A stretch of DNA of 46,122 nucleotides, from contig CAYJTF010000003.1 of assembly GCA_964373165.1 (NCBI GenBank), forward strand, positions 1 through 46,122, given 5' to 3'. Shown here one piece after another: positions 27,437 to 35,916 of the stretch. This DNA comes from an uncultured archaeon. Its GTDB lineage: Archaea; Aenigmatarchaeota; Aenigmatarchaeia; CG10238-14. A model generated the notes under the pieces. That model was not told the DNA's origin. It searched no databases and was given only the letters and a program-made list of their open reading frames with translations. A program made the position numbers and the translations under genes. Position 1 is the first letter of the stretch. Every line of letters begins with the position of its first letter.

Positions 27437-28308
27437 TGTCCTCTTATGTAAGATTTGCTATCAATTTTTTAAGTAAATATGTTCAGCCTCATGTGGATTT
27501 TTTTTCTGAATTGAAACTAAACCTGAAAAAAAGTGGTTTAAGAAAAACGGTTGAAGAATATTTATCAACATCTATTTTGACATGTTTGATCCTGTTCGTT
27601 GTTGAGGTACCTGTAATATCATTCATATTCTCCTTATTGGGAATGGGCGTGCTTTTCAGTCTTATAATGTCGGTGACGGTTTCGTTGTGTATAAGCATTG
27701 TTTTCTTTATTCTTTTCATCAATTATCCAAAATTTCTTATAAGCGATAAAGCGAAAGGAATAGATAGATCGCTGCCCTTCGCTACTATATATTTATCTAC
27801 TATTGCAAGTTCCAGACTGCCCCCGCATAAAATTTTAGAGATATTTTCTAAATTCAAGGAATACGGCGAAATAAATGATGAAGTTAAAAAAATGGTGACT
27901 GACATGAAGGCTTTCGGATTGAATATTTACGATAGTATGGATAAGGCAGTAGACAGATCTGCCTCAAATGACTTTAAAGAACTTTTATGGTCCATGTCCT
28001 CAACTCTGAAAGCAGGCGGGGATTTAAGTGTTTATCTGACAGAAAAATCTAAAACATTTTTGGGTAATTATAGAAGAAAACTCAATGACTTCGCTCACTC
28101 TTTGGCCGTATTTTTAGAGGTATATTTAACAGCAATAGTTCTTGGTACAATATTTTTTACAATATTGACTTCTATAATGTCAGGCCTTGGAGGAATGCCT
28201 GTAACGAATATTGTGTTTATTCAGTTTTTCCTGATATTTTTGTTTATGCCACTGATATCTTTAGCTTTCATAGTTTTGATAAAAGCATCATCGCCAGGAG
28301 GGGAGTGA
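27433..28308 (+). CDS. pilus platform membrane protein, single T2SSF domain (TadB/EpdJ-like)
   Basis: TM, then a cytoplasmic helical domain 'LPFATIYLSTIASSRLPP...MKAFGLNIYDSMDKA', then C-terminal TMs. Its ATG overlaps the ATPase stop (ATGA). Confidence 0.7.
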   Translation: MMSSYVRFAINFLSKYVQPHVDFFSELKLNLKKSGLRKTVEEYLSTSILTCLILFVVEVPVISFIFSLLGMGVLFSLIMSVTVSLCISIVFFILFINYPKFLISDKAKGIDRSLPFATIYLSTIASSRLPPHKILEIFSKFKEYGEINDEVKKMVTDMKAFGLNIYDSMDKAVDRSASNDFKELLWSMSSTLKAGGDLSVYLTEKSKTFLGNYRRKLNDFAHSLAVFLEVYLTAIVLGTIFFTILTSIMSGLGGMPVTNIVFIQFFLIFLFMPLISLAFIVLIKASSPGGE

Positions 28309-29256
28309 GTGGTTAAGGCAGATCTATCAAGAGAAATGAAGGTATTAATAATATCAATAATCATTTCTCTAGTAGCAATTTTTATAGGAATAATAAGTGG
28401 GGATATAGGAGTTCTGGGGAACATAATAATATTATCTGTTTTTTTTATCGGGCTGCCACAACTGATTTTCAACTATATGAACTATAGAGATCTCAAAGAA
28501 ATAGAGTTTAGATACCCAATTTTTTTACGAGATTTGGTGGAGTCAACACGTGCAGGTTTGCCTTTGCACAAAGCGATCAGATCTGTTAGCAAAACTGATT
28601 ACGGCCCTTTGAGTAAAGAAGTAAAAAAGATGGCTCATCAACTATCGTGGAATGTGAATATTATAAAAGTATTAGAACAGTCCAGAGATAGATTAAAAAA
28701 TAGCGAATCGTTGAATAGAATTATTAGAGTTCTTATAGAAACGTATAAATCAGGTGGATCTGTTGATCAAACATTAGAATCCTTAGCAAACACCCTTTCA
28801 ACAATACAAGAAACCCAAAAAGAAAGAAAGAGCATACTAAGTCAGTATGTGGTTGCAATGTATGCCATAACATTCGTCTTTATTGGTATAGTTGTAGGTA
28901 TAAACAGATTGCTTGTACCTATATTTTCCTCTGCTAATTTAGGCGCTAATCCGATAAGCGGCTCTGTACCGAATCCTTGTGAAGCGTGTGCTTATGGTGG
29001 CGGGGCATCTTGCGCCCCATGCTATATATATTTTAACGTTTGTAATCTGATGGGTATAGATACTTCAGGTATATCGTGTTATTATGTCGCCCTGTTTTAT
29101 TCCATGACAGCAATACAATCTATAACAGGGGGCTTAGTGGCAGGCCAGATAGGAGAGGCATCTCTACGCTCGGGTATTAAGCATAGCGTTATTCTATTCT
29201 TGGCATCGTCTGGTATATTCTTTATCTTTGTTAGAATGGGTTTGCTTGGTGGTTGA
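28309..29256 (+). CDS. pilus platform membrane protein, single T2SSF domain (TadC/EpdK-like) with Cys-rich insert
   Basis: 'PIFLRDLVESTRAGLPLHKAI...SGGSVDQTLESLA' is a T2SSF-like domain. It carries the extra segment 'PCEACAYGGGASCAPCYIYFNVC'. Confidence 0.7.
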   Translation: MVKADLSREMKVLIISIIISLVAIFIGIISGDIGVLGNIIILSVFFIGLPQLIFNYMNYRDLKEIEFRYPIFLRDLVESTRAGLPLHKAIRSVSKTDYGPLSKEVKKMAHQLSWNVNIIKVLEQSRDRLKNSESLNRIIRVLIETYKSGGSVDQTLESLANTLSTIQETQKERKSILSQYVVAMYAITFVFIGIVVGINRLLVPIFSSANLGANPISGSVPNPCEACAYGGGASCAPCYIYFNVCNLMGIDTSGISCYYVALFYSMTAIQSITGGLVAGQIGEASLRSGIKHSVILFLASSGIFFIFVRMGLLGG

Positions 29257-29775
29257 TTGAAAGGCCAGCTCACCATAGAGTATCTGATCTCTTTCGGTAT
29301 TTTTGTCACTCTAATAGGGTACATTTATCTATCATACACAAAAAATATTCCGATTTTTGTTGATGAAGTTAAAAAAGAGGTAACGAGGTCAGAAGCATTT
29401 CAGATTTCCGAATTATTAATAAATAATCCAGGTGAACCATCTTCTTGGACTTTCGCTACAGTGAAAAGAATAGGGCTATCAAATAACACTGCCGGAAAAC
29501 AAAACTTAATAACAATGAATAAGATAAATGAACTATCTAATTTTAATTGTCTCGTCCCTTCTGAATATCTATCATTGCAGAAAAAAATAGCTACAAACAA
29601 ACAGGTGTCACTATTCATTTTGGATATAAACACAATAGATGAAGTTAGAACACCACTCTATACATGCAAATCTCCCATAATACAAAAAACAGCTATAAAC
29701 ACGACGATTAGAAGATTAACTGCATATAATGACGGTAATTTAATTAAAACCGCCGAAATTATAGTTCAGGTGTGA
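29257..29775 (+). CDS. type IV (pseudo)pilin-like protein (class III signal peptide, Gln +1, Glu +5)
   Basis: A TTG start directly after the previous stop gives 'MKG|QLTIEYLISFGIFVTLIGYIY'. Confidence 0.5.
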   Translation: MKGQLTIEYLISFGIFVTLIGYIYLSYTKNIPIFVDEVKKEVTRSEAFQISELLINNPGEPSSWTFATVKRIGLSNNTAGKQNLITMNKINELSNFNCLVPSEYLSLQKKIATNKQVSLFILDINTIDEVRTPLYTCKSPIIQKTAINTTIRRLTAYNDGNLIKTAEIIVQV

Positions 29776-29778
29776 TTT

Positions 29779-30183
29779 ATGAAGGGAATAATAAGCATTC
29801 TAGAAGTTTTGCTGACAGCCTTAATTCTTATTCTTTCATTCTTGCATTTTTTTCCTCAATATGTCGTCAAAACAAACTGGAAATCTGCATTACTCGAGAC
29901 AGCCGTCATAGACGCATTGAATACTGTTGACAGAATGAATATGACATATGAATTTGCGAAAAACAACACACAATTCAATCAGTTTATAAATAGTGTTTAT
30001 TCGCCTAAATATACTGGAACAGCTTTGGTTTCTTGGAAAAATATAGAAGATCTGTCTGAAGGATCAAATACCACAATCCCATATTTTTCTAAAGGTTATA
30101 AGGAGACGATGGTCGATGTTGTTAATACAACCGCCGGTTATAAAGTTTACAGTTTTACTTTGGGCATGGGATTTGTTTTTTAA
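29779..30183 (+). CDS. type IV pilin-like protein (class III signal peptide)
   Basis: 'MKG|IISILEVLLTALILILSFLHFF'. Confidence 0.5.
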   Translation: MKGIISILEVLLTALILILSFLHFFPQYVVKTNWKSALLETAVIDALNTVDRMNMTYEFAKNNTQFNQFINSVYSPKYTGTALVSWKNIEDLSEGSNTTIPYFSKGYKETMVDVVNTTAGYKVYSFTLGMGFVF

Positions 30184-30200
30184 AGCAGGGAGTGTTTATT

Positions 30201-30689
30201 ATGTCAATACCGGATTTAATTTATATATTAACTTTTCCTGGAGTAATTATACACGAATTCGCTCATCAGATTTTCTGTTATTTTTCGAATGTTAAAGTGC
30301 ATAAAGTTTGTTATTTCAGATTCGGAAATCCCGCCGGGTATGTAGTCCATGAAGTTCCAAACTCATATATAAAAATGTTATTAATTGATGTCGGTCCGCT
30401 TTTTGTCAACACTTTAATATCTATAATCGCTTTCTATTTTGGAGTTTTGAATTTTAATTTAATTTTAATATGGTTGGGATTTTCAATAGGAGCTCATTCC
30501 TTCCCGAGCTCTGGAGATGCAGATGCTCTATGGAAATATACTAAGAAATTTATAAGAAAAAATCCATTAATTTTACTTGGCATACCTATTATTTTAATGA
30601 TCAAAGTTGTAAATGGGTTCAGGTCATTCTATATAGATTTAGCTTATCCCGTTATTCTGTTCTTCATTATAATGAGTTACGTTATTTAA
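30201..30689 (+). CDS. membrane-embedded HExxH (zincin-like) putative metallopeptidase
   Basis: 'GVIIHEFAHQIF' sits at the end of TM1, followed by 3-4 further TM helices. The ATG at 30201 is preceded by GGGAG. Confidence 0.45.
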   Translation: MSIPDLIYILTFPGVIIHEFAHQIFCYFSNVKVHKVCYFRFGNPAGYVVHEVPNSYIKMLLIDVGPLFVNTLISIIAFYFGVLNFNLILIWLGFSIGAHSFPSSGDADALWKYTKKFIRKNPLILLGIPIILMIKVVNGFRSFYIDLAYPVILFFIIMSYVI

Positions 30690-30693
30690 TTTT

Positions 30694-31158
30694 TTATGAC
30701 TTTGGCTTTACTAATTTATTAAGTAATTTTGACCAGTAAGAACCAAAATAAATAAAATTGATAAATAGCGCTAGAATGATTACAGCAGCGTCAAATGACA
30801 CCCGCAAATAATAATTATCCTCTAACCGTAACCACATCCCAAGTTCGTCTATTGCTAACCCCAATCCTATCCCATAGATTACAGCTACTAGTTTTTTGTG
30901 CTTCATGCTCAAATTTATGACCAGAGACAGATATCCAGCTATAGCAAGCAAAAAGAAACCATAAGCGAAGTGATGAATGTGAACACCCTTAATGTTTAGA
31001 AACAGATAAGGGAAAGCATCGCCAAATAAATAAATTATAGACCTAGATAAAATAAAGGTTACTAAGTACCATGAAGCAATAATGAATTCAATATTTTTTT
31101 CTTCCTTTTTTCTCTTAAGTAAATTCAGAATATTATTGCATCTTTCTTTAGTGCCCAT
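30694..31158 (-). CDS. hypothetical multi-pass membrane protein
   Basis: Four hydrophobic helices and a 'GVHIHHFAYGFFLL' motif. No family recognised. Confidence 0.4.
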   Translation of the reverse strand: MGTKERCNNILNLLKRKKEEKNIEFIIASWYLVTFILSRSIIYLFGDAFPYLFLNIKGVHIHHFAYGFFLLAIAGYLSLVINLSMKHKKLVAVIYGIGLGLAIDELGMWLRLEDNYYLRVSFDAAVIILALFINFIYFGSYWSKLLNKLVKPKS

Positions 31159-31188
31159 AAAACTAATTTATCATACATTTTTTTAGTT

Positions 31189-34100
31189 TTATCTCAATCT
31201 TATCGCTTCTAAATTTTTAGGAGCAAGAGTTTCAATTCTAAATAGTCTATGTAAATTACTTGCTAATTGCAACGGTTTCCCGTTCTCGCCATGATTTGTA
31301 ATAATTCTTTCTGGTTTTGAAGCCAATCTGTTAATATAGTTAATCAATTCTTTGACATCGGCATGGCCGGATAAACCACCAACTGTCGTCACGTCTAATT
31401 CTAACTTCATTGCGTTAGTTTTACCATTTGCATTTATAGGAATCTCTTTCCATCCCCTTTGTATTCTCCTACCCATAGTTCCCTCGCCTTGATAACCGAC
31501 AAATATCAAACTATTTTTCTTATCTTCACCCAGATTTTGAAGATGGCTCATGATAGGACCGCCTTCCATCATACCAGATGTGGAAATTATAACAGCGGGT
31601 TTTTCTGCCCAAGATTTCTCTCTGTCTGCCTGTGACCCTATTCTTTTAAAAATAGGATTAGTAAACGGATTTTCTCCTTGTAATATTTTCCTTTCCATTA
31701 AATTAGAAAGATATTCCGGATAAGTAGCGTGAATAGCAGTGGCGTCCCATATCATTCCGTCAAGGAATACAGGATATTCAAATTTGTGAGCATCTAATAT
31801 TGCCATAATCTCTTGTGCTCTTCCGACCGCAAAACTTGGTATTACCGCAACGCCCTTTCTTTCAACAGTTTGGTTTATAACTTTCATTAATTGTTCTTCG
31901 GCATCCATTCTTGATGGCATTATATCATCTTGAGCACCATATGTAGATTCAACAAATAACGTTTCTATTCTTTGAAAGTTAGTAAAGGCAGGATCAAATA
32001 ATCTTGTTCTGGTGAATTTTAAATCAGCACTGTATACGATATTGTGCAGTCCTTGACCTACATGCAGATGAACTAAGCTAGATCCCAACAAATGGCCGGA
32101 TGGCTGGAAGGTTAATCTGACATCAGGCCCAACATCCGATACCTCATTCCAATCAAGAGTAATGGCGTGTTTAACAGCTTCTTTCACGCCTTTTGCAGTG
32201 AATAAAGGTTGAGTTGCATTTTTCTGCATAACATCTATGTAGTCCATCGTAAGCATAGTTACTAGATCAAGAGTCGGAGTAGTGCAATATAATGGTCCGT
32301 CATATCCGTATTCATATAGATAGGGAATGAAGCCACAATTGTGTACGAATATTCCATTAGCAATATAATTTGAATGACCAGGAACAGTGAGGTCATACAC
32401 CTTTTTTGAGTCCGTTTTTATAATATGAGTACTTACCACAGAATCCCATAAAATAGGAGCTTGCGATAATTTATTTAATATTTGTAATTTCTCGTTAATT
32501 ATTTTTTTGGATTTTGCCACTTTAGAAAGTTTTTGGCATATTTCAATGACTTTTTTTCTACTTGGATGATGTTTAGAATAGTGATAATAATGTATATTCA
32601 TCTTTCTTAGATCGATTTTCTTTAATCCCATTTCATATGCTATATCTAAAATTGCCTTTTCTCTTATTGGAATTAGGTCTATTTTTTTTACTCCTTTCCC
32701 AATTTTATCAAGAACCTTTTTAATCTTCTGGTACTTAGAAATATCAGAAAATCCTATTTTTTCATAAAATTTATTCAAAGATTCTGGATTTGATATACAT
32801 AATTGGTAGACATCTTTTCCGCCGAATGTTGATTTGGATTGGTCATGATCATAAAGATGAGATATTATACTGAATCTTAATAGTAGCATTTGAGTAACTA
32901 TTGCTATATCTTCACTTGATGTGGATAGAACAACGGAATGATCTTTAACACATCCCTCTGCATCGTATAATCCCTTTAAAAATCTTGCAACTATTTTATT
33001 GTCGGATTTGCAAACTATTCTTGGTATTTTTCTGATAGGACTTTTATTGAATATAGATGGCTCTATTTTTTCTAACCATTTTTTAAATTCACTCGAATAT
33101 ATGTTTATTCTATTCCTGTCCTTTATTGTAATATTATTTTTAATTCCTAGATCAGTAAGTTCTTTTGAGTAGAATTCAAGATTTTTTATATTCTTATCCG
33201 TTATCATTATAGTTGTAGATTCTCTATTACACCCGTCTCCTACTAAATACCCCAATAACTGTGCAAAATTTCCGTCTAGTTTTTTAATGCTTTTAAATTG
33301 GGGCATTTTTTGTTCAGACGAATTTGTTGTAATTATTCTCGGAGTAGCAATGAAATCTCCGGGTTTTAGTTGTTCCACATGTTTTATTTGAAATGTTCCA
33401 TCCTCATTCAATACAAACAAAGGATGATTTCCCGTAGCTTTTATTCTTTTTGTTTTTGTTCTAACTTCGTATATGGGGTTAGGAGCGTTTATGGAACCTC
33501 TTTGTATCGCGGGTATTCCTTCTATTTTCATAGAGTATTTGAAATCCAATGCTTCTACTGATTGTCCGTTTTCTACTTCCCAAATTTGTTTGATGTCACC
33601 GTTAGACAATTGAACTAATGTGTCTGGGGTTAGACAATGATCCATGTGAGCATGGCTTAATATTATTGCATCCAGCTCGCTTAAATCAAATTCTCTGGCA
33701 TTTATGAACGGATACATATTAGATCCGTTGCCTCCAGTGTTAATTCCACAATCCATTAAAACTTTTGATTTGGGTGTTTCAACTAGGATGCATGATCTAC
33801 CAACTTCTCTGAATGATCCTAGACAGAAAACTCTTATCCAATCTCTGTTAGTTATTTTTTCTGAAAAAATATTTTTGCCCACCTGTTTCAAAAATTTAAT
33901 TCTCCATTTAACTTCTTCAGTCATCAGTTGTCTGATAGATCTAACAATGTTGGAAGTGATTTCAGGTGATCTTTCTATTTTAGGAACCCATAGTGTATCT
34001 TCTTTAATTTTTCTGAAAGTTTCGCCACCTCTACCTATAACCAAACCGGGTTTTCCAGCAGTAACTATAACCAAACTCCTTTCTGGCTCAAATCTTATGT

Positions 34101-34353
34101 CTTTAATCAGTGCTTCTTGCGGGACTATAGCCATTATTTTTTCCTTGGCCGATTCATGAGAATTACACATAGAGTTGTCCAGCCTAACTTCTATTCTTTT
34201 CTTCAACTCACTAACCAATTCCTTTACCTGCTCGTTGGCATCCAAAAAGAATATCTTATCTTTAGTGTAAACTACGATTTCACATCCTTCAAGTTCTACT
34301 CTATCGATCACATCTTTTGGAAAACTATCTTTTACCTTATCAACAATCTCCAT
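31189..34353 (-). CDS. archaeal CPSF1-type beta-CASP ribonuclease (KH + MBL + beta-CASP) interrupted by an intein
   Basis: N-terminal KH region 'LVIGRGGETFRKIKE', 'GSFREVGRSCILVET', 'LMDCGIN', split motif 'SHAHMDH|...|CG', and a C-terminal beta-CASP/MBL region 'GLSGHADVKEL'. Removing the 433-aa insert leaves 621 aa. Confidence 0.85.
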   Translation of the reverse strand: MEIVDKVKDSFPKDVIDRVELEGCEIVVYTKDKIFFLDANEQVKELVSELKKRIEVRLDNSMCNSHESAKEKIMAIVPQEALIKDIRFEPERSLVIVTAGKPGLVIGRGGETFRKIKEDTLWVPKIERSPEITSNIVRSIRQLMTEEVKWRIKFLKQVGKNIFSEKITNRDWIRVFCLGSFREVGRSCILVETPKSKVLMDCGINTGGNGSNMYPFINAREFDLSELDAIILSHAHMDHCLTPDTLVQLSNGDIKQIWEVENGQSVEALDFKYSMKIEGIPAIQRGSINAPNPIYEVRTKTKRIKATGNHPLFVLNEDGTFQIKHVEQLKPGDFIATPRIITTNSSEQKMPQFKSIKKLDGNFAQLLGYLVGDGCNRESTTIMITDKNIKNLEFYSKELTDLGIKNNITIKDRNRINIYSSEFKKWLEKIEPSIFNKSPIRKIPRIVCKSDNKIVARFLKGLYDAEGCVKDHSVVLSTSSEDIAIVTQMLLLRFSIISHLYDHDQSKSTFGGKDVYQLCISNPESLNKFYEKIGFSDISKYQKIKKVLDKIGKGVKKIDLIPIREKAILDIAYEMGLKKIDLRKMNIHYYHYSKHHPSRKKVIEICQKLSKVAKSKKIINEKLQILNKLSQAPILWDSVVSTHIIKTDSKKVYDLTVPGHSNYIANGIFVHNCGFIPYLYEYGYDGPLYCTTPTLDLVTMLTMDYIDVMQKNATQPLFTAKGVKEAVKHAITLDWNEVSDVGPDVRLTFQPSGHLLGSSLVHLHVGQGLHNIVYSADLKFTRTRLFDPAFTNFQRIETLFVESTYGAQDDIMPSRMDAEEQLMKVINQTVERKGVAVIPSFAVGRAQEIMAILDAHKFEYPVFLDGMIWDATAIHATYPEYLSNLMERKILQGENPFTNPIFKRIGSQADREKSWAEKPAVIISTSGMMEGGPIMSHLQNLGEDKKNSLIFVGYQGEGTMGRRIQRGWKEIPINANGKTNAMKLELDVTTVGGLSGHADVKELINYINRLASKPERIITNHGENGKPLQLASNLHRLFRIETLAPKNLEAIRLR
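32338..33636 (-). mobile_element. intein (433 aa) with LAGLIDADG homing-endonuclease domain
   Basis: Starts 'CLTPDTLV' (Cys1). Block B is 'ATGNHPL'. Two dodecapeptide motifs, 'LLGYLVGDGC' and 'FLKGLYDAEGC'. Ends 'VYDLTVPGHSNYIANGIFVHN' followed by Cys +1. Confidence 0.8.
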
Positions 34354-34384
34354 TTCCTTTCACTTTAAATATTAAAGGATCAGT

Positions 34385-35044
34385 CTACTTTTTTTCAAAA
34401 TTATCAACAATTTTCTGAACTTCTGACGCACTTAGTAATTTAAACCCCTTTTCATTGATTACCGCTATGTCAATCCCTTTACCGCCAGAGCCTATATCTC
34501 TTTCAACAGCAGCCTTTACTGCCTTGATAGCCATTAATTTAGCTTCTTCTACTGTCGGATTATCTTTATGAACAGCTTCTAAGACACCAAATGCCATTGG
34601 CGAACCAGATCCAGTTGAAAAATACTTTCTTTCTTCTAGTTTTGAACCATCTGGATGAAGAATAAACATTGAAGGACCATATCTATCAACACCAGCCAAT
34701 ATGATTTGAACCATATAAGGGAAGAAACTCCATCTACCACCATATAGTATATTAGATAATAAACTTGCAGCGGCCTTGGTTGTTATTTTTTTATTTTCTC
34801 TGAGTTCAAATAACGATGATTCAGCTTTCAGATATCTAACGAGAGCCTGTATATCTCCCACCATTCCAGCTTGTGTCATTGCTATATGTGGCATTATTTC
34901 TACTATTTTAATATCGTCTTTAGATGCTACCATATAACCCAGAGTAGCCTTTTTCTCAGCTGCTAAGACGATACCGTCTTTGCATACAATTCCTACAGTT
35001 GTTGTACCAGTTTTTAATTTTTGTGCTTGTTCCAAAAAATGCAC
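34385..35044 (-). CDS. psmB: proteasome beta subunit
   Basis: A short propeptide, then the active-site 'G|TTTVGIVCKDGIVLAAEKKAT'. 'GSGS' and the C-terminal pattern are typical. GTG start. Confidence 0.9.
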   Translation of the reverse strand: MHFLEQAQKLKTGTTTVGIVCKDGIVLAAEKKATLGYMVASKDDIKIVEIMPHIAMTQAGMVGDIQALVRYLKAESSLFELRENKKITTKAAASLLSNILYGGRWSFFPYMVQIILAGVDRYGPSMFILHPDGSKLEERKYFSTGSGSPMAFGVLEAVHKDNPTVEEAKLMAIKAVKAAVERDIGSGGKGIDIAVINEKGFKLLSASEVQKIVDNFEKK

Positions 35045-35081
35045 CTAGAATTCTTCAATATTTTAATACGGACGCCATAAT

Positions 35082-35665
35082 TTAAATAGTTAATGGATTT
35101 GCTTGATTAACACCAAAACCTACACATGAAATGATATTAGCTTTATCTCTATCATCGTATTTCCTCATGTTTTTGTACCATTTTTTATAAATCGGCGATA
35201 TAAAAATATAAGCAAACACTGTTAGTATCGTCAAATAAATCATGAATAATAGATGAGAATAAAATACGTTGATTTGACTAATTATTAAATACGCTACGAA
35301 AGATAAGAAGATCGAGAGAAGTCATTATATCACTTGCTCCAGCGGCATCAGGTTAAACAACCACTTACTCTTTGAATACACCAAACATTCGCTTTGAATT
35401 TCTTGAAACCGTAATGAGGGTTGAATAAAACCCACAAATAATCCCACAAAGGTGCCCATGCAGAGTATATGGACAATGGTATTAGCTCGTTGGTTAACGA
35501 CCATTCAACTCCCATAAAAAAATGTGCATGCGATATGGCGAATACAACTAAAAACACAAATATATGATATCCAGTTAACGGTTTTTCTCCAATGAAACGA
35601 GCTATTAATTTTAGATAGCGGTTTTTTGTTCTATACCACGTCTGGGATTTATGAAAATCATCATT
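35082..35665 (-). pseudogene. probable remnant of a membrane-protein gene (frame-shifted, start-less fragments)
   Basis: A 105-codon open frame (35348-35665) has no ATG start: 'YHIFVFLVVFAISHAHFFMGVEWS...APLWDYLWVLFNPHYGF'. It is followed by short hydrophobic fragments in other frames and a 53-codon ORF (35082-35243). Confidence 0.3.
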
Positions 35666-35916
35666 TCACTCTCTATTATAAATTAGATTTTATCAAATAA
35701 AATTTTAAAAGATATTAAAATAAAATTTCCCAATTGGAAATTAAAAAATTTGGGAAAGGGTCATTATCATATAAGTTCTAAATTTACAAATGAAAGTGGA
35801 ATTTTAGAAATGACATACAAAACCAATAAACAAATCATCTTAAAAATAGCAAATAATAGAAAGAGTGAATGGAGTTTAGAAGTAATAGCTTTGTTAGACA
35901 AATATTTATATAGTGA

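Noticed and set aside
35640-35700. Possible C/D-box sRNA: an ATGATGA-like C box on the minus strand near 35656-35662, and a TGATG near 17740.
   Set aside because: No matching CTGA D or D' boxes at the expected spacing, and no terminal stem.
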